Notes: generated by a model not told the origin, from the sequence alone. Counted from the first letter of the stretch, positions 40,514-51,028 are shown. The stretch is 64,000 bases of DNA from Candidatus Bathyarchaeum tardum (GCA_024650005.2 CP122380.1:1536001-1600000); one strand, 5' to 3'. Program-made: numbers and translations.

Positions 40514-41749
40514 TCACTTTTGAATTTCGTCAATCATTTGCTTGATCTCTTGGGGTGTGTATGAACTTCGTCTTCCTTCGCGAGAGAATGCATTCTTTAT
40601 TTTTTCAAGAACTAAACGTGCAGTTTCATCAGAGATTTCAATACCAAGCTCTTTTGCCACGTAGATGATTCCATGCCTTCCACCTAGTTCGTCGATGTAA
40701 ATTTTTCGTTCCTGTCCCATCATACGAGGAGGATAAAACTCGTAAGTTTCAGGGTTCATCAAAACACCATGCTGATGAATACCTGAACTATGAGCAGTAA
40801 CATTGTTCCCAGTTAACGGCTTATGAGGAGGCATTTTGATTCCCGAAATCCTTTCAACTAATTGAGAAAGGGAAGTAAGCTGCTTCATTTCAAAAGAGCT
40901 AGTTCCATACAACATATGAAGCACTGGAATGATTTCTTCAGTTTTTGTTATTCCAGCTCTTTCACCAATGCCATTTACTGACGTGGATACTGTTGAAGCG
41001 CCTGCCTCGATAGCTGCTAATGAATTAGCTAACGCCAAACCTAAATCGTTATGACAGTGCACTTCAATTGGAATGTCTACTGCACTTCCGATTTCTTTCA
41101 CCATAAAAGCCATACCATTTGGTCCTACACAACCTAGGGTGTCAACTACTCTTGCCCGGTCTGCCCCTGCATCTTCGGCTGTTTTGTATGCTTTCTTCAA
41201 GAATTCAAGGTCGTTTTCTCGGGTGGTGTCTTCTGCACTGTATATCACGTATAGTCCATAACTTTCGGCATAACTGATCATTTCTTCCAATTTTTCCAGG
41301 TAGACTTCTTTGGTCATTCCTTTGAACTTGTATTGACGATGATATGGAGAAATTGAAAGGGAAACTACAATGCCGTCTGCTCCTACATCGGCTACAACGT
41401 CGATGTCTTCTTTTTTTGCTCGAGCAAAAGATGAAAGTTGAGCGTCTAAGTTAAGGTCAACTAGGGCTTCTACACATTTTCGTTGTTTTTCTGAGGCGGC
41501 TGGAAATCCTGCTTCTATTTGGGGTATGCCAACCTCATCTAATTTTTTTGCTATTTCCAGTTTTTCAGCGATACTGAAAACTACTCCTGGAGTTTGTTCA
41601 CCTTCTCTTAAAGTGCTGTCGTGAACAATATATTCGTCCAAGGATGGCACTTTGAAATTGGTGAAATTGTATGGGCTAGGTAATATGCCTTCTTTTTTGA
41701 GTTTTGCAAGAAGTCTTTGACCTTGCTCATTGACGTATTCATTTTCCAC
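40514..41749 (-). CDS. Homocitrate synthase (DRE-TIM)
   Basis: DSTLREGEQ, HCHNDLG, GIGERAG; no long LeuA regulatory domain; lysine-cluster context. Confidence 0.85.
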   Translation of the reverse strand: MENEYVNEQGQRLLAKLKKEGILPSPYNFTNFKVPSLDEYIVHDSTLREGEQTPGVVFSIAEKLEIAKKLDEVGIPQIEAGFPAASEKQRKCVEALVDLNLDAQLSSFARAKKEDIDVVADVGADGIVVSLSISPYHRQYKFKGMTKEVYLEKLEEMISYAESYGLYVIYSAEDTTRENDLEFLKKAYKTAEDAGADRARVVDTLGCVGPNGMAFMVKEIGSAVDIPIEVHCHNDLGLALANSLAAIEAGASTVSTSVNGIGERAGITKTEEIIPVLHMLYGTSSFEMKQLTSLSQLVERISGIKMPPHKPLTGNNVTAHSSGIHQHGVLMNPETYEFYPPRMMGQERKIYIDELGGRHGIIYVAKELGIEISDETARLVLEKIKNAFSREGRRSSYTPQEIKQMIDEIQK

Positions 41750-41871
41750 TGTCTAAACCGTCCTTTTTCACACTATGGAACTAAATAGAGTTTTGGAAGA
41801 ATACAATTCGGACAAATATATATACTTTATGTAAAAATATATGGCATAGAATACGAAAAGGTTACCACCAT

Positions 41872-41884
41872 TTCTGAATCCGTA
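41872..41884. promoter_or_regulatory. Candidate LysM (Lrp-family) site upstream of homocitrate synthase
   Basis: TTCTG-AAT-CCGTA (reverse complement TACGG-ATT-CAGAA) matches the other two sites. Confidence 0.45.
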
Positions 41885-41904
41885 ATAGAAGATTTCAACA
41901 AAAC

Positions 41905-42315
41905 TTACCAGGTACGCAAAACAATCATAGTGTTCGTGTTAGCAATACCCTTCAAGCGACGTATTTTTTCGAGACATTCATTGACTTCAGTAATATTCAA
42001 GCCAGATATGGTAACTGCAATATCATATTCCCCAGTAATTTCATACACAGTTTCAACATTAGAAAACTGCCTCAAAGCCTGAGAAACACCAGACGTCGGC
42101 AAAGACGGATCAACAGCAAGAAGAGCTATAGCCTCTGCCCCTTCGGTGAGGCCAACTCTAACAGTAAAACCCCGTATAGCCCCCGAATCAACAAGAGCTT
42201 TTATCCGTTTACGAACTGCACCTTCAGATAAATCAACCTTTTTGCCAATGTTACTGTAAGTGGCTCGACCATCGCGTTTGAGAATTTCGATTATCTCTTT
42301 ATCTACAGTGTCCAT
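41905..42315 (-). CDS. lysM: Lrp/AsnC regulator LysM
   Basis: HTH LSEGAVRKRIK, YEITGEYD; divergent from lysW. Confidence 0.8.
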   Translation of the reverse strand: MDTVDKEIIEILKRDGRATYSNIGKKVDLSEGAVRKRIKALVDSGAIRGFTVRVGLTEGAEAIALLAVDPSLPTSGVSQALRQFSNVETVYEITGEYDIAVTISGLNITEVNECLEKIRRLKGIANTNTMIVLRTW

Positions 42316-42386
42316 TATTGTTACTCCACAACTAGTAGAGTTACGGAAAAATTTAACGATTTCTGATTGTTTGACTGCTCAAACAT

Positions 42387-42399
42387 AACGTTTTCCGTA
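42387..42399. promoter_or_regulatory. Candidate LysM site upstream of lysM
   Basis: AACGT-TTT-CCGTA. Confidence 0.5.
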
Positions 42400-42473
42400 T
42401 AACTATTACCATTTTCCAACTGTCATAACTTCGCACCTTTTCTGACAGTTTTTCCCCAACAAACCTGTTGCTT

Positions 42474-42488
42474 CTACGGATTTCGTAG
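42474..42488. promoter_or_regulatory. Candidate LysM operator upstream of lysW
   Basis: Palindrome CTACG-GATTT-CGTAG with the Lrp-type 5-3-5 layout. Confidence 0.6.
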
Positions 42489-42591
42489 TATAAGTTGGGA
42501 AAAGTGCAAAACCACCGAGAATTAATCCGAAATTCTTATAAATAGCAACATTTTCTATAATGGCTCACTTTAAAGCAGAGAGGTGTAAGTT

Positions 42592-42768
42592 GTGAAAAAA
42601 GCCAACTGTCCCGATTGCGACGCAGAAATTGAAGTTCAAGATGATGTCATGAAAGGAGAGATTCTAAGCTGCCCAAGCTGCGGTCTTGAATTAGAAGTTA
42701 TTAAGAATGAAGAAGACTGTGTCGAACTAAAAGAACTAGGAATTGAAGGGGAAGATTGGGGCGAGTAA
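42592..42768 (+). CDS. lysW: Amino-group carrier protein LysW
   Basis: 58 aa, CPDC/CPSC and C-terminal EDWGE; missed by the ORF track. Confidence 0.97.
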   Translation: MKKANCPDCDAEIEVQDDVMKGEILSCPSCGLELEVIKNEEDCVELKELGIEGEDWGE

Positions 42769-42871
42769 GCTCCCCTCAACATTTTCTTTATATTTATACG
42801 AAACAATCAAGTACCCCCAAGAAAAATCAATAAATTATAATAAAACGTTTGAAACGAGATGACTGACAGAA

Positions 42872-44053
42872 ATGAGTATTGGTATTTTATTTGAAAGTTC
42901 TGAAACTGACGAAAAAGGCATACAATTAACCGCTGAAGAAATGGGAATCGACTTAACATACATTCCTTTCCGCAAAGTTGCTGTTCGTTTTAATGGAAAC
43001 GGCTACACATTAAAAACCAAAGGAAAAGATTTCACAAACACACTCAAAGACATCAAAGTAGTATTAAACCGAGCACAAAGCAAAAATCGAAGACTGTTCG
43101 CAGCCAATGTTCTAGAAGCTTTCGACAAGCATGTGATAAATCCACAATGCGTAGAATATGCTTGTTTTAGCAAAGTAAGAACCTTGCTCCATTTCTGGAA
43201 AGCAGGAATTAAAATCCCCGACACAGTATATGTGCCGGTTGACTCTACAGAAAAAACGTTAGATGGACGAATAATCCATAACGAAAGAGACATTGCAGAT
43301 TTGCTTCAGCAAGAACTAAACACGGATATTGTAGTCAAACCCGACGCTGGAACTCATGGAAAAAGTGTAAAACTTGCTAAAGAACGTGGACAACTAGAGA
43401 ACATTATCAGAGAGGTTGAACCTTCGATAATTAATCCGATAGGTATTTTAGCTCAGAATCTTGTTGAAAAATGGTTCTACGATCTAAGAATAATCGTAAC
43501 CAAAGAAGCAGGAAAAGAACCATACTGCTACCCCACTGCTTTAGCCCGAGCAGGATTCAAAGACTTTAGAACAAACACTTTCTTGGGCAATACAGTTATT
43601 GGAGTAAACTTGCCACAGCACATCCAAGAAGAATCAGCTAAATGTGGCACAGCCATGGGTGGCGATAGCAAATCATACTTGTTAGCGGTTGACGCCATGG
43701 TTGAAGTCGGCGAAAACAAAAACGTTGACGATGATTATTTAAAAGAAGAGTTTGAAAAACTGGAAGCTCCTTTTAATGCTGTTAAAAAAGTGAAATTAGA
43801 TAGCAAAAAACGCACAGACTTTCTAGCATGGAATAAAAGGCTGGAAAGTGCTTTTGACAACTTCAAAAATCAAGATGCTTATTTTAACATTAAAAAAGTC
43901 ATTGAAAATAGCATGGAAAAAAACAAAGAAAAAATCATGTTCCATGAAACTAACGCATGCCCCGAATTTTGGGAACAAACCCGATTAGTTGGCGGCATAA
44001 ATTTGGCAGAGGCACTGTTAAAAGGTGCCAAAAGTATAATCGATTCAGAGTAA
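42872..44053 (+). CDS. lysX: LysX/ArgX-type ATP-grasp ligase with a large insertion
   Basis: VVKP, DLRIIV, FRTN..LG, VD...ETN.CPEF; lies between lysW and lysY. Confidence 0.75.
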   Translation: MSIGILFESSETDEKGIQLTAEEMGIDLTYIPFRKVAVRFNGNGYTLKTKGKDFTNTLKDIKVVLNRAQSKNRRLFAANVLEAFDKHVINPQCVEYACFSKVRTLLHFWKAGIKIPDTVYVPVDSTEKTLDGRIIHNERDIADLLQQELNTDIVVKPDAGTHGKSVKLAKERGQLENIIREVEPSIINPIGILAQNLVEKWFYDLRIIVTKEAGKEPYCYPTALARAGFKDFRTNTFLGNTVIGVNLPQHIQEESAKCGTAMGGDSKSYLLAVDAMVEVGENKNVDDDYLKEEFEKLEAPFNAVKKVKLDSKKRTDFLAWNKRLESAFDNFKNQDAYFNIKKVIENSMEKNKEKIMFHETNACPEFWEQTRLVGGINLAEALLKGAKSIIDSE

Positions 44054-44065
44054 GGAGAAAAACAA

Positions 44066-45118
44066 ATGAAAGTAGGAGTAATAGGCGGTTCAGGATACGT
44101 AGGTGGAGAACTTATACGATTATTACTTCCCCACCCTGAAGTTGAATTAACTACAGTAACATCCCGTGCAAACGCCGGAGAATTCATTTTTACGGTTCAC
44201 CCAAACCTTAGAGCGGCCACACAACTAAAATTCACTCCTCCGAACATGTCACAGATCGCAGACAACTGTGACTTAGTTTTCGCTGCAATGCCCCACGGCA
44301 AATCTTTGGAACTTGTTCCACAACTGCTGGAAACAGGAGTAAAAGTAATCGACATGAGCGCTGATTACCGCCTTAACAACCCAGCAGATTATGATAAATG
44401 GTACAAATGGAAACACACTCACCCAGAACTGTTAGAAGAAGCAGTTTATGGAATCCCTGAACTTCACCGCGAAGAAATCAAAAGTGCCAAACTTATTGGC
44501 TGTCCTGGATGCATGTCCACAGCAACAATTCTGGGATTGGCACCTTTAGTAAAAGCAGGCGTAATAGAAAAAAACCGAATAGTTGCTGACGTGAAAATTG
44601 GCTCTTCAGGTGCAGGACAAAAACCCACTGTTGCTTCACATCACCCTGAAAGAGCAGGGGGCGTTAGACCATACAAAGTATCCGACCACAGGCACGTAGC
44701 CGAGGTTGAACAGGAACTAAACCTGTTAACTGACGAAAAAGTAACAGTCTGTTTCACACCACATGCAGTAAACATGATACGGGGCATTCTGTCGACAATT
44801 CATACCTTTGTTAAAGAACCAATAACAGATAAAGACGCTTGGAAACTTTACCGTGGCATGTATCAAAACGAGCGTTTCATTCGGTTCATAAAATTCAAGA
44901 AAGGCCCATATCAACTTCCAAACCCAAAAATCACAATGGGATCAAACTATGTTGACATAGGCTTTGAAGTAGACCCCCGAACAAGAAGGATGATTGTATT
45001 CTCTGCAATCGATAACTTGATGAGGGGCGCATCTGGTCAAGGCGTTCAGTGCATGAATATCATGATTGGTTGTGAAGAAACAACCGGTCTGGAATGTCAA
45101 GGTTATCATCCGATGTGA
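44066..45118 (+). CDS. lysY: LysW-aminoadipyl-phosphate reductase (ArgC family)
   Basis: GGSGYVGGEL, PGC, HRH, DNL.RGASG. Confidence 0.92.
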   Translation: MKVGVIGGSGYVGGELIRLLLPHPEVELTTVTSRANAGEFIFTVHPNLRAATQLKFTPPNMSQIADNCDLVFAAMPHGKSLELVPQLLETGVKVIDMSADYRLNNPADYDKWYKWKHTHPELLEEAVYGIPELHREEIKSAKLIGCPGCMSTATILGLAPLVKAGVIEKNRIVADVKIGSSGAGQKPTVASHHPERAGGVRPYKVSDHRHVAEVEQELNLLTDEKVTVCFTPHAVNMIRGILSTIHTFVKEPITDKDAWKLYRGMYQNERFIRFIKFKKGPYQLPNPKITMGSNYVDIGFEVDPRTRRMIVFSAIDNLMRGASGQGVQCMNIMIGCEETTGLECQGYHPM

Positions 45119-45126
45119 TAAAAAAA

Positions 45127-45933
45127 ATGTTGGTTGTAGTAAAAGTTGGCGGAAGCATCCTCGAAAAGGTGCCTCCGGAAATTGTATCAGACATCAAAAA
45201 CGTTCTTTCTGAACACCAACTAGTTCTAGTTCATGGTGGAGGAAAAGGCGTTACAGAAATTGCTTCAAAATTAGGCAAAGAACAAAAGTTTGTGTATTCT
45301 CCTAAAGGTTTTCGCAGCAGATACACAGACAAAGAAACCATGGAAATATTCACAATGGTTATGGCAGGCAAACTAAACAAAAAACTAGTTTCAGCTCTAC
45401 AAAAACAAGAGATACCAGTTGTGGGTCTATCCGGATTAGACGGTTATCTTCTACGTGCAGAACGAAAAAAACGGTTAATCATACTTAACGAAAAAGGACG
45501 AAAACAAGTCATTGACGGCGGATACACAGGAAAAGTAAACCAAGTTAACAGTTCCTTACTGAAGCTGTTACTAGATAACGGTTATGTTCCATTAGTTTCA
45601 CCCGTTGCCGTAAGCGAAGAATTTGAACCCCTAAACGTAGACGCGGACCGAACCGCAGCCAACATCGCAGGAGCAATAAATGCAGATAAACTAGTTCTGT
45701 TAACCGATGTTGAAGGCTTAATGCTAAACGACAAACTAGTTTCAAAACTACACGCAGATGACGTTCAAAGCAAACTCAAACAGATTGGAGGCGGCATGAT
45801 AACAAAAGTTTTTGCAGCTCAAGAAGCCCTCAAAAACGGCGTAAAAGAAGTTGTTATTTGCTCAGGCGTTAAAAATGCTCCAATTTCTTCTGGCCTTAAA
45901 CACGAAAGCGGCACGGTGATAAGCAATGAATGA
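45127..45933 (+). CDS. lysZ: LysW-aminoadipate kinase (ArgB family)
   Basis: VKVGGS, VHGGG, SRYTD, LNVDAD. Confidence 0.92.
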   Translation: MLVVVKVGGSILEKVPPEIVSDIKNVLSEHQLVLVHGGGKGVTEIASKLGKEQKFVYSPKGFRSRYTDKETMEIFTMVMAGKLNKKLVSALQKQEIPVVGLSGLDGYLLRAERKKRLIILNEKGRKQVIDGGYTGKVNQVNSSLLKLLLDNGYVPLVSPVAVSEEFEPLNVDADRTAANIAGAINADKLVLLTDVEGLMLNDKLVSKLHADDVQSKLKQIGGGMITKVFAAQEALKNGVKEVVICSGVKNAPISSGLKHESGTVISNE

Positions 45934-47110
45934 AAAAGAAATAATGGACATCGAAACAAAGGTTATGGCACAAACTTTTGCTAAACGAGACCTCACAATC
46001 ACAAGGGGCAAAGGAGCCCTAGTTTGGGACATTAATGGCAACGAATACGTCGACTGCACCGGAAGTTACGGTGTTGCAGTTGTTGGTCATTGTCACCCCA
46101 AAGTTGTCGCAGCAGTGCAAAAACAAGTGGAAACTTTGATTGCTTGTCATGCTTCATTTTATAATGATGCACGATCTGAACTTTTACAAAAACTCATCAG
46201 TATAGCACCAAAAGGCCTAGACAGAGTCTTTCTTTCAAACAGCGGTGCAGAATCAGTTGAATGTGCACTTAAACTTGCCCGAAAAAAGTCAGGTAAAACA
46301 GAAATAATTTCAATGATGGGCGCATTCCACGGTAAAACTATGGGTGCACTTTCTGCAACATGGAAAAAGAAGTACCGTGCACCATTTATGCCCCTTGTTC
46401 CAGGATTCAAACACGTTCCAGCCAACAATTTAGAAAAAATAAAAGAAGCCATCACAGACAAAACAGCTGCTATTATAGTTGAACCCGTCAGAGGAGAAGG
46501 GGGAATTTTGATGAACTCGGATGATTTTTTGCCTGGACTGCGAGAAATTTGTGACGACAAAAATGTCTTGTTAATCTTTGATGAAGTTCAAACAGGTTTT
46601 GGGCGCACGGGAAAAGTTTTCGCCTGTGAACATTGGAACGTAGTTCCAGACATCATGTGCCTAGCTAAATCTGTTGCAGGTGGTTTGCCGATGGCGGCAA
46701 CTTTTGCAAAAGAAGAAGTAATGGCAGCATTCAACAAGGGAGAACACTCTAGCACATTTAGTGGCAATCCGTTGGTCTGTTCCGCGGCATCTGCAGCGAT
46801 AGATGTACTAAAAGAGGAAAAACTTCCTGAACGAGCAGCTACACTTGGAAGTTACTTCAAAGGCAAACTCGAAGAATTAGCAGAAAAACACAATATAGTC
46901 AGGGAAGTTCGTGGATTAGGCTTGATGATCGGAATGGAAATGCGTTTTGACGTCTACAACATAATTATGGACTGTATGAACAATGGTGTTCTGGTTTTAG
47001 ATGCGGGAAGAAACGTAGTAAGGTTCTTGCCACCGCTGGTTATAGAAAAAGACCAAATCAACACAGTAGTTAATGCATTGGATTGCGCAATGGAGAAAGA
47101 AAACAAATGA
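45926..47110 (+). CDS. lysJ: LysW-aminoadipate semialdehyde transaminase (ArgD family)
   Basis: NSGAES, FHGKT, DEVQTGFGRTG, AKS.AGG. Confidence 0.92.
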   Translation: MNEKEIMDIETKVMAQTFAKRDLTITRGKGALVWDINGNEYVDCTGSYGVAVVGHCHPKVVAAVQKQVETLIACHASFYNDARSELLQKLISIAPKGLDRVFLSNSGAESVECALKLARKKSGKTEIISMMGAFHGKTMGALSATWKKKYRAPFMPLVPGFKHVPANNLEKIKEAITDKTAAIIVEPVRGEGGILMNSDDFLPGLREICDDKNVLLIFDEVQTGFGRTGKVFACEHWNVVPDIMCLAKSVAGGLPMAATFAKEEVMAAFNKGEHSSTFSGNPLVCSAASAAIDVLKEEKLPERAATLGSYFKGKLEELAEKHNIVREVRGLGLMIGMEMRFDVYNIIMDCMNNGVLVLDAGRNVVRFLPPLVIEKDQINTVVNALDCAMEKENK

Positions 47111-48261
47111 GCAACGACTACCCAGTTGACCTTCTAACTCGAATGATAAAGATTTACAGTCCTTCAGAACATGAAGAAAAGATTTCTTTGTTTTTGGCGG
47201 ATGAACTTAAAAAATTAGGTTTCAAAGTTCACAGAGATAAAGTAGGCAACGTAATTGGAGAAATCGGTGAAGGCTCCCCAATAGTTTTGTTGTGTGGACA
47301 CATGGATACTGTTGAAGGAGAGATTCCTGTACGCATCGAGGATGGAAACCTGTACGGCAGAGGTTCAGTTGATGCCAAAGGACCGTTGGCAGCGATGATT
47401 GTTGCTGCATCTAATTTTGTTAACGGCGGTTTTGATGGAAAAATTATGGTTGTAGGCGTAGTCGATGAAGAAAAAGGGGGAACAGGCATACAACACTTCG
47501 TCAAAGAGGGAATCCAACCAGACTATGCGATTTTTGGTGAACCAAGCGGCTTAGAAAAAGTAGTCTTCGGATACAAAGGAATTTTAACAGTAAAAATTGT
47601 GGTAGAAACTCCTTCGGGTCATTCTGCAGCTCCTTGGCTGTTTGATAACGCTATTGAAAAAGCTATGGAGTTTTGGAAACAAATTAACAGGCTTCATTTA
47701 CGAGAAGAGAAACTGAAAAGCAGATTCTACTCAATTACTTCATGTTTAACAGGAATCAAAGGCGGAAACAGTTCTGGCTCGTTCATTCCGTCACAATGTG
47801 AAATTCTGATTCAAATGAGGATTCCACCTCAGCTTACTCCTGATCAGGTGTTTGAAGAAGTAAAACGAAAAATTGACCGTTACAAATCAACTAACCCAAA
47901 AGTTACAGTTAGTGTAGAACCGGTTGATGTTGCAAAAGCCTTTGAAGCAGATCGAAGGTCAATAATTGTTCGGGCTTTAGCATGGGGGATACGAAAAACA
48001 ACATTAAATTATGCCTCTTTTTCCCGAAAAACAGGAACAGGGGACATGAACGTTTTGGGTAATGAACTTAAAATTCCTGTCGTCACATATGGACCCGGAG
48101 ATTCAAGACTCGACCATACACCTAATGAACACATCAACATTCAAGAATATCTTGACAGCATTGAAGTGCTCAAAAAAACATTAGCAAAATTGCCCGAATT
48201 GGAAAAGAAACGCAAAACAATAAAACAGAAAACAGGATACGAAACTAAAAGTACAGCTTAG
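47107..48261 (+). CDS. lysK: LysW-lysine hydrolase (M20 family)
   Basis: GHMDTV, GRGSVDAKG, DEE, GEPS, DHTPNE. Confidence 0.92.
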   Translation: MSNDYPVDLLTRMIKIYSPSEHEEKISLFLADELKKLGFKVHRDKVGNVIGEIGEGSPIVLLCGHMDTVEGEIPVRIEDGNLYGRGSVDAKGPLAAMIVAASNFVNGGFDGKIMVVGVVDEEKGGTGIQHFVKEGIQPDYAIFGEPSGLEKVVFGYKGILTVKIVVETPSGHSAAPWLFDNAIEKAMEFWKQINRLHLREEKLKSRFYSITSCLTGIKGGNSSGSFIPSQCEILIQMRIPPQLTPDQVFEEVKRKIDRYKSTNPKVTVSVEPVDVAKAFEADRRSIIVRALAWGIRKTTLNYASFSRKTGTGDMNVLGNELKIPVVTYGPGDSRLDHTPNEHINIQEYLDSIEVLKKTLAKLPELEKKRKTIKQKTGYETKSTA

Positions 48262-48683
48262 CATCTGCAGGTTGGGAGTTTTACGAGGTGCACAGTTACT
48301 GCTGTTGCAACAATAAACAAAATTATTTGAACTACCAATATCGGAACAAAAACAACTGCAGATAAAGTGATAGTTATCCAAAGAACAGTTATTGCAAACA
48401 ATTTGGTTTTCAAGGGAATCCCTTTTCCGTCTTTGTAGTTTCGGATATATTTCCCAAAGTACTTGTTGTTTAGCATCCATTGGCTCATCCGTTCTGAACT
48501 TCGAAGATAACAAGCCAAAGAAAGCAACAAGAAAGGCGTAGTCGGCAAAATTGGAAGAACTATTCCAATAGCACCTATTACAAGAGTGATTGTGCCAGCT
48601 ACAAAAAACAAAGAACGAACAATCCTGTTTTTGTTTTTTTCCTTGGAGCATTCGAACGTTTGGTTCATAGAAATAAAAGGCAA
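48258..48683 (-). CDS. YbaN/DUF454 membrane protein
   Basis: LPILPTTPFLLL. Confidence 0.9.
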   Translation of the reverse strand: MPFISMNQTFECSKEKNKNRIVRSLFFVAGTITLVIGAIGIVLPILPTTPFLLLSLACYLRSSERMSQWMLNNKYFGKYIRNYKDGKGIPLKTKLFAITVLWITITLSAVVFVPILVVQIILFIVATAVTVHLVKLPTCRC

Positions 48684-48757
48684 GGATTCTATATTAAAGC
48701 TTTACTAATAACAAGAAATAATCCAAAAAAAATCACTAATTTCGCAAAAATATGCGT

Positions 48758-49237
48758 TTACAAATAAAATGCAGGATCAATTTTTATCAAACGTGTAGAC
48801 GCAGAAAGGGACAACTCTTTAACTCCGGGTATACGCTCCATTTTTTGCCGAACCTCATTTAGGTGTTCTAAACTACGTGCTTTAACAACAGTTACTACAT
48901 CATAGTCACCAGTGCTCTGTAACACATGACGAGTTTCGGACATGTTACTTATTTTTTCAGCAGCTTCTTCAAACTGGTCAGGAGCAATTTTAACCATCAA
49001 AATACCCGTTGTAGGAAAACCAATTTTCCTCGGATCAAGCAAAACAGTAAACTTGCTGATAACCCCGGCATCAACCAACTTTTTAACCCGATACCTAATT
49101 GTAGCTTCACTGATTCCTAAGTCGTTGGCTATCTCAGTGAAAGAAAGCCGAGAATTTTCTTGAAGCAAATTTAAGATTTGTTTATCTTTTTCATCCAACT
49201 TGAACGCCAACGGTACCACATATAAAAATAACAGCAA
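48758..49237 (-). CDS. Lrp/AsnC regulator divergent from pheA
   Basis: LDEKD..IL..LQENSR, ISEATIRYRV, TGDYD. Confidence 0.9.
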   Translation of the reverse strand: MLLFLYVVPLAFKLDEKDKQILNLLQENSRLSFTEIANDLGISEATIRYRVKKLVDAGVISKFTVLLDPRKIGFPTTGILMVKIAPDQFEEAAEKISNMSETRHVLQSTGDYDVVTVVKARSLEHLNEVRQKMERIPGVKELSLSASTRLIKIDPAFYL

Positions 49238-49331
49238 AAAAGAATTTATTACTACCGCTTAAAAACTCCAAACAAGGTAAACCATTTTATTCGGGCAGCA
49301 TAGACAAATACTTGTTAAGAGGCAAACACCA

Positions 49332-50162
49332 TTGAAAATTGCTTTTCAGGGAGAGTTGGGCGCATACAGCGAAATGGCAGTATACAGCTATTTTGGTCAA
49401 GAAGTAGAAGTTAAACCCTGCAAAAGCTTTGATGAAGTTTTTGAAAGAGTTAAAACAGGAAATGCGGATTATGGAGTTGTTCCAATCGAAAACTCTATTG
49501 AAGGAAGCGTCAACCGAACATATGACCTGTTTTTGGAGTATGACCTCAAAGTAAGGGGAGAAATAATCATCAGGATAAGCCATTGCCTTATTGCACATAA
49601 AGGAACCGACATAAACCAAATCAAAGCAGTTTACAGTCATCCTCAAGCGTTAGCTCAATGCAGAAAATTCTTAGAAGAAAACAATTTAAAAGCAATCTCA
49701 AATTTTGACACCGCTGGGAGCGTAAAAATGATAAAAGAAGAAAACATGATAGATTCTGCAGCAATCGCCAGTGAACGTGCAGCCCAGATTTATGATATGG
49801 CCATACTTGCAAGAGAAATAGAAGATGTGAAAAACAACTCGACTAGGTTTTTCGTTTTAGACAAACAAGACGCCCCATTCACTGCAGAAGATAAAACCTC
49901 GATAATTTTTGCAGCCAAATCAATTCCAGGAGCATTACATAAAGTCTTGAAAGAATTTGCTGATAGAAACATAAACCTCACAAAAATCGAGTCCAGACCA
50001 ACAAAACAAACTCCATGGGAATACCATTTTTATCTAGATTTTGAAGGCCACAGAACTGAACAAAAATGTCAACAAGCCTTAGAAAGCATTAAAGACAAAA
50101 CAATATTCATAAAAATTCTTGGCTCTTACAAAGCAGCTAAAAAAAGCAATTGTAAACTCTAG
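49332..50162 (+). CDS. pheA: Prephenate dehydratase with ACT domain
   Basis: FQGELGAYSE, ENSIEG, SHPQALAQC, TRF, IESRP. Confidence 0.95.
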   Translation: MKIAFQGELGAYSEMAVYSYFGQEVEVKPCKSFDEVFERVKTGNADYGVVPIENSIEGSVNRTYDLFLEYDLKVRGEIIIRISHCLIAHKGTDINQIKAVYSHPQALAQCRKFLEENNLKAISNFDTAGSVKMIKEENMIDSAAIASERAAQIYDMAILAREIEDVKNNSTRFFVLDKQDAPFTAEDKTSIIFAAKSIPGALHKVLKEFADRNINLTKIESRPTKQTPWEYHFYLDFEGHRTEQKCQQALESIKDKTIFIKILGSYKAAKKSNCKL

Positions 50163-51028
50163 GAATCATCCAAAATCCGATACATAGCCCGATAAGCTCG
50201 GTCATAATCAGGGTCTAATTCCTTCAATCTTTTATTTACTTGCTCCATCTTGTTGCTAAAACCAGAACAATTTTTGTTTTTAACCAGTTTAAGCCACTCT
50301 TCAACTTTATTCAAGAACAAAGTTTCAAGTTGTTCCATTTCAGGCAAACTCATGTGAAGGTTTGAATAAAAATAAGGTTCTTCAGAAGACACAGATTCCG
50401 CTAAAGTTAACAACAACTTGTAGGTGGCGCCACCTACAGTTTTTGCACCAACAAAATTAGGATTCTCCACCAGTGCATCAGCTGCTACTAGCCCCACAAA
50501 ATGGGGGAAACCCAAAACTAAAGACATCAATTCATCGTGCGCTCTAGGTGCCAATACAGAAACTTCTGCTCCACGTTTCTGCAGCCAGTCTTTGAATTCC
50601 TCTGAGAACCGTTTTTCTTTTTCAGTCACAGGGGTAAGAACAAAGTTTTGTCCTTGAAGACTTTTTGCACCTGGACCAAAAACGGGATGTGTACCTAGGG
50701 TAACACCACGTTTTACATATTTTTGCAAGAGATTCACTGGAATCTCTTTGATGGAACTAATATCCATGACAACTTGACCAGCTTTGACGTGAGAGCCAAT
50801 CTCTTGTAGAACAGCATCTAAACTGGTCAAGGAAACACAAACAAGAATCCAGTCAGCACCATCAACTGCTTCAGCATTAGTAGGCACCACTTGTACTCCA
50901 AACTCGTCTTTTAATGCGTCTGCTTTGCTTTGGGTTCTGCTAGAAACAACTACAGAAAACCCTTCATTTTTGAATAAATTTACGAACCATCGACCCATCT
51001 TTCCGGCGCCAATTACTGCAACCTTCAC
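50159..51028 (-). CDS. tyrA: Prephenate dehydrogenase
   Basis: GAGKMG, DISSIK, HPVFGP, HD..M. Confidence 0.92.
   Translation of the reverse strand: MKVAVIGAGKMGRWFVNLFKNEGFSVVVSSRTQSKADALKDEFGVQVVPTNAEAVDGADWILVCVSLTSLDAVLQEIGSHVKAGQVVMDISSIKEIPVNLLQKYVKRGVTLGTHPVFGPGAKSLQGQNFVLTPVTEKEKRFSEEFKDWLQKRGAEVSVLAPRAHDELMSLVLGFPHFVGLVAADALVENPNFVGAKTVGGATYKLLLTLAESVSSEEPYFYSNLHMSLPEMEQLETLFLNKVEEWLKLVKNKNCSGFSNKMEQVNKRLKELDPDYDRAYRAMYRILDDS

Noticed and set aside
37802-41749. Annotation as a leuABCD leucine operon
   Set aside because: The synthase lacks the long LeuA regulatory domain and the genes adjoin lysM-lysW, so a homocitrate route is more likely; dual use is not excluded
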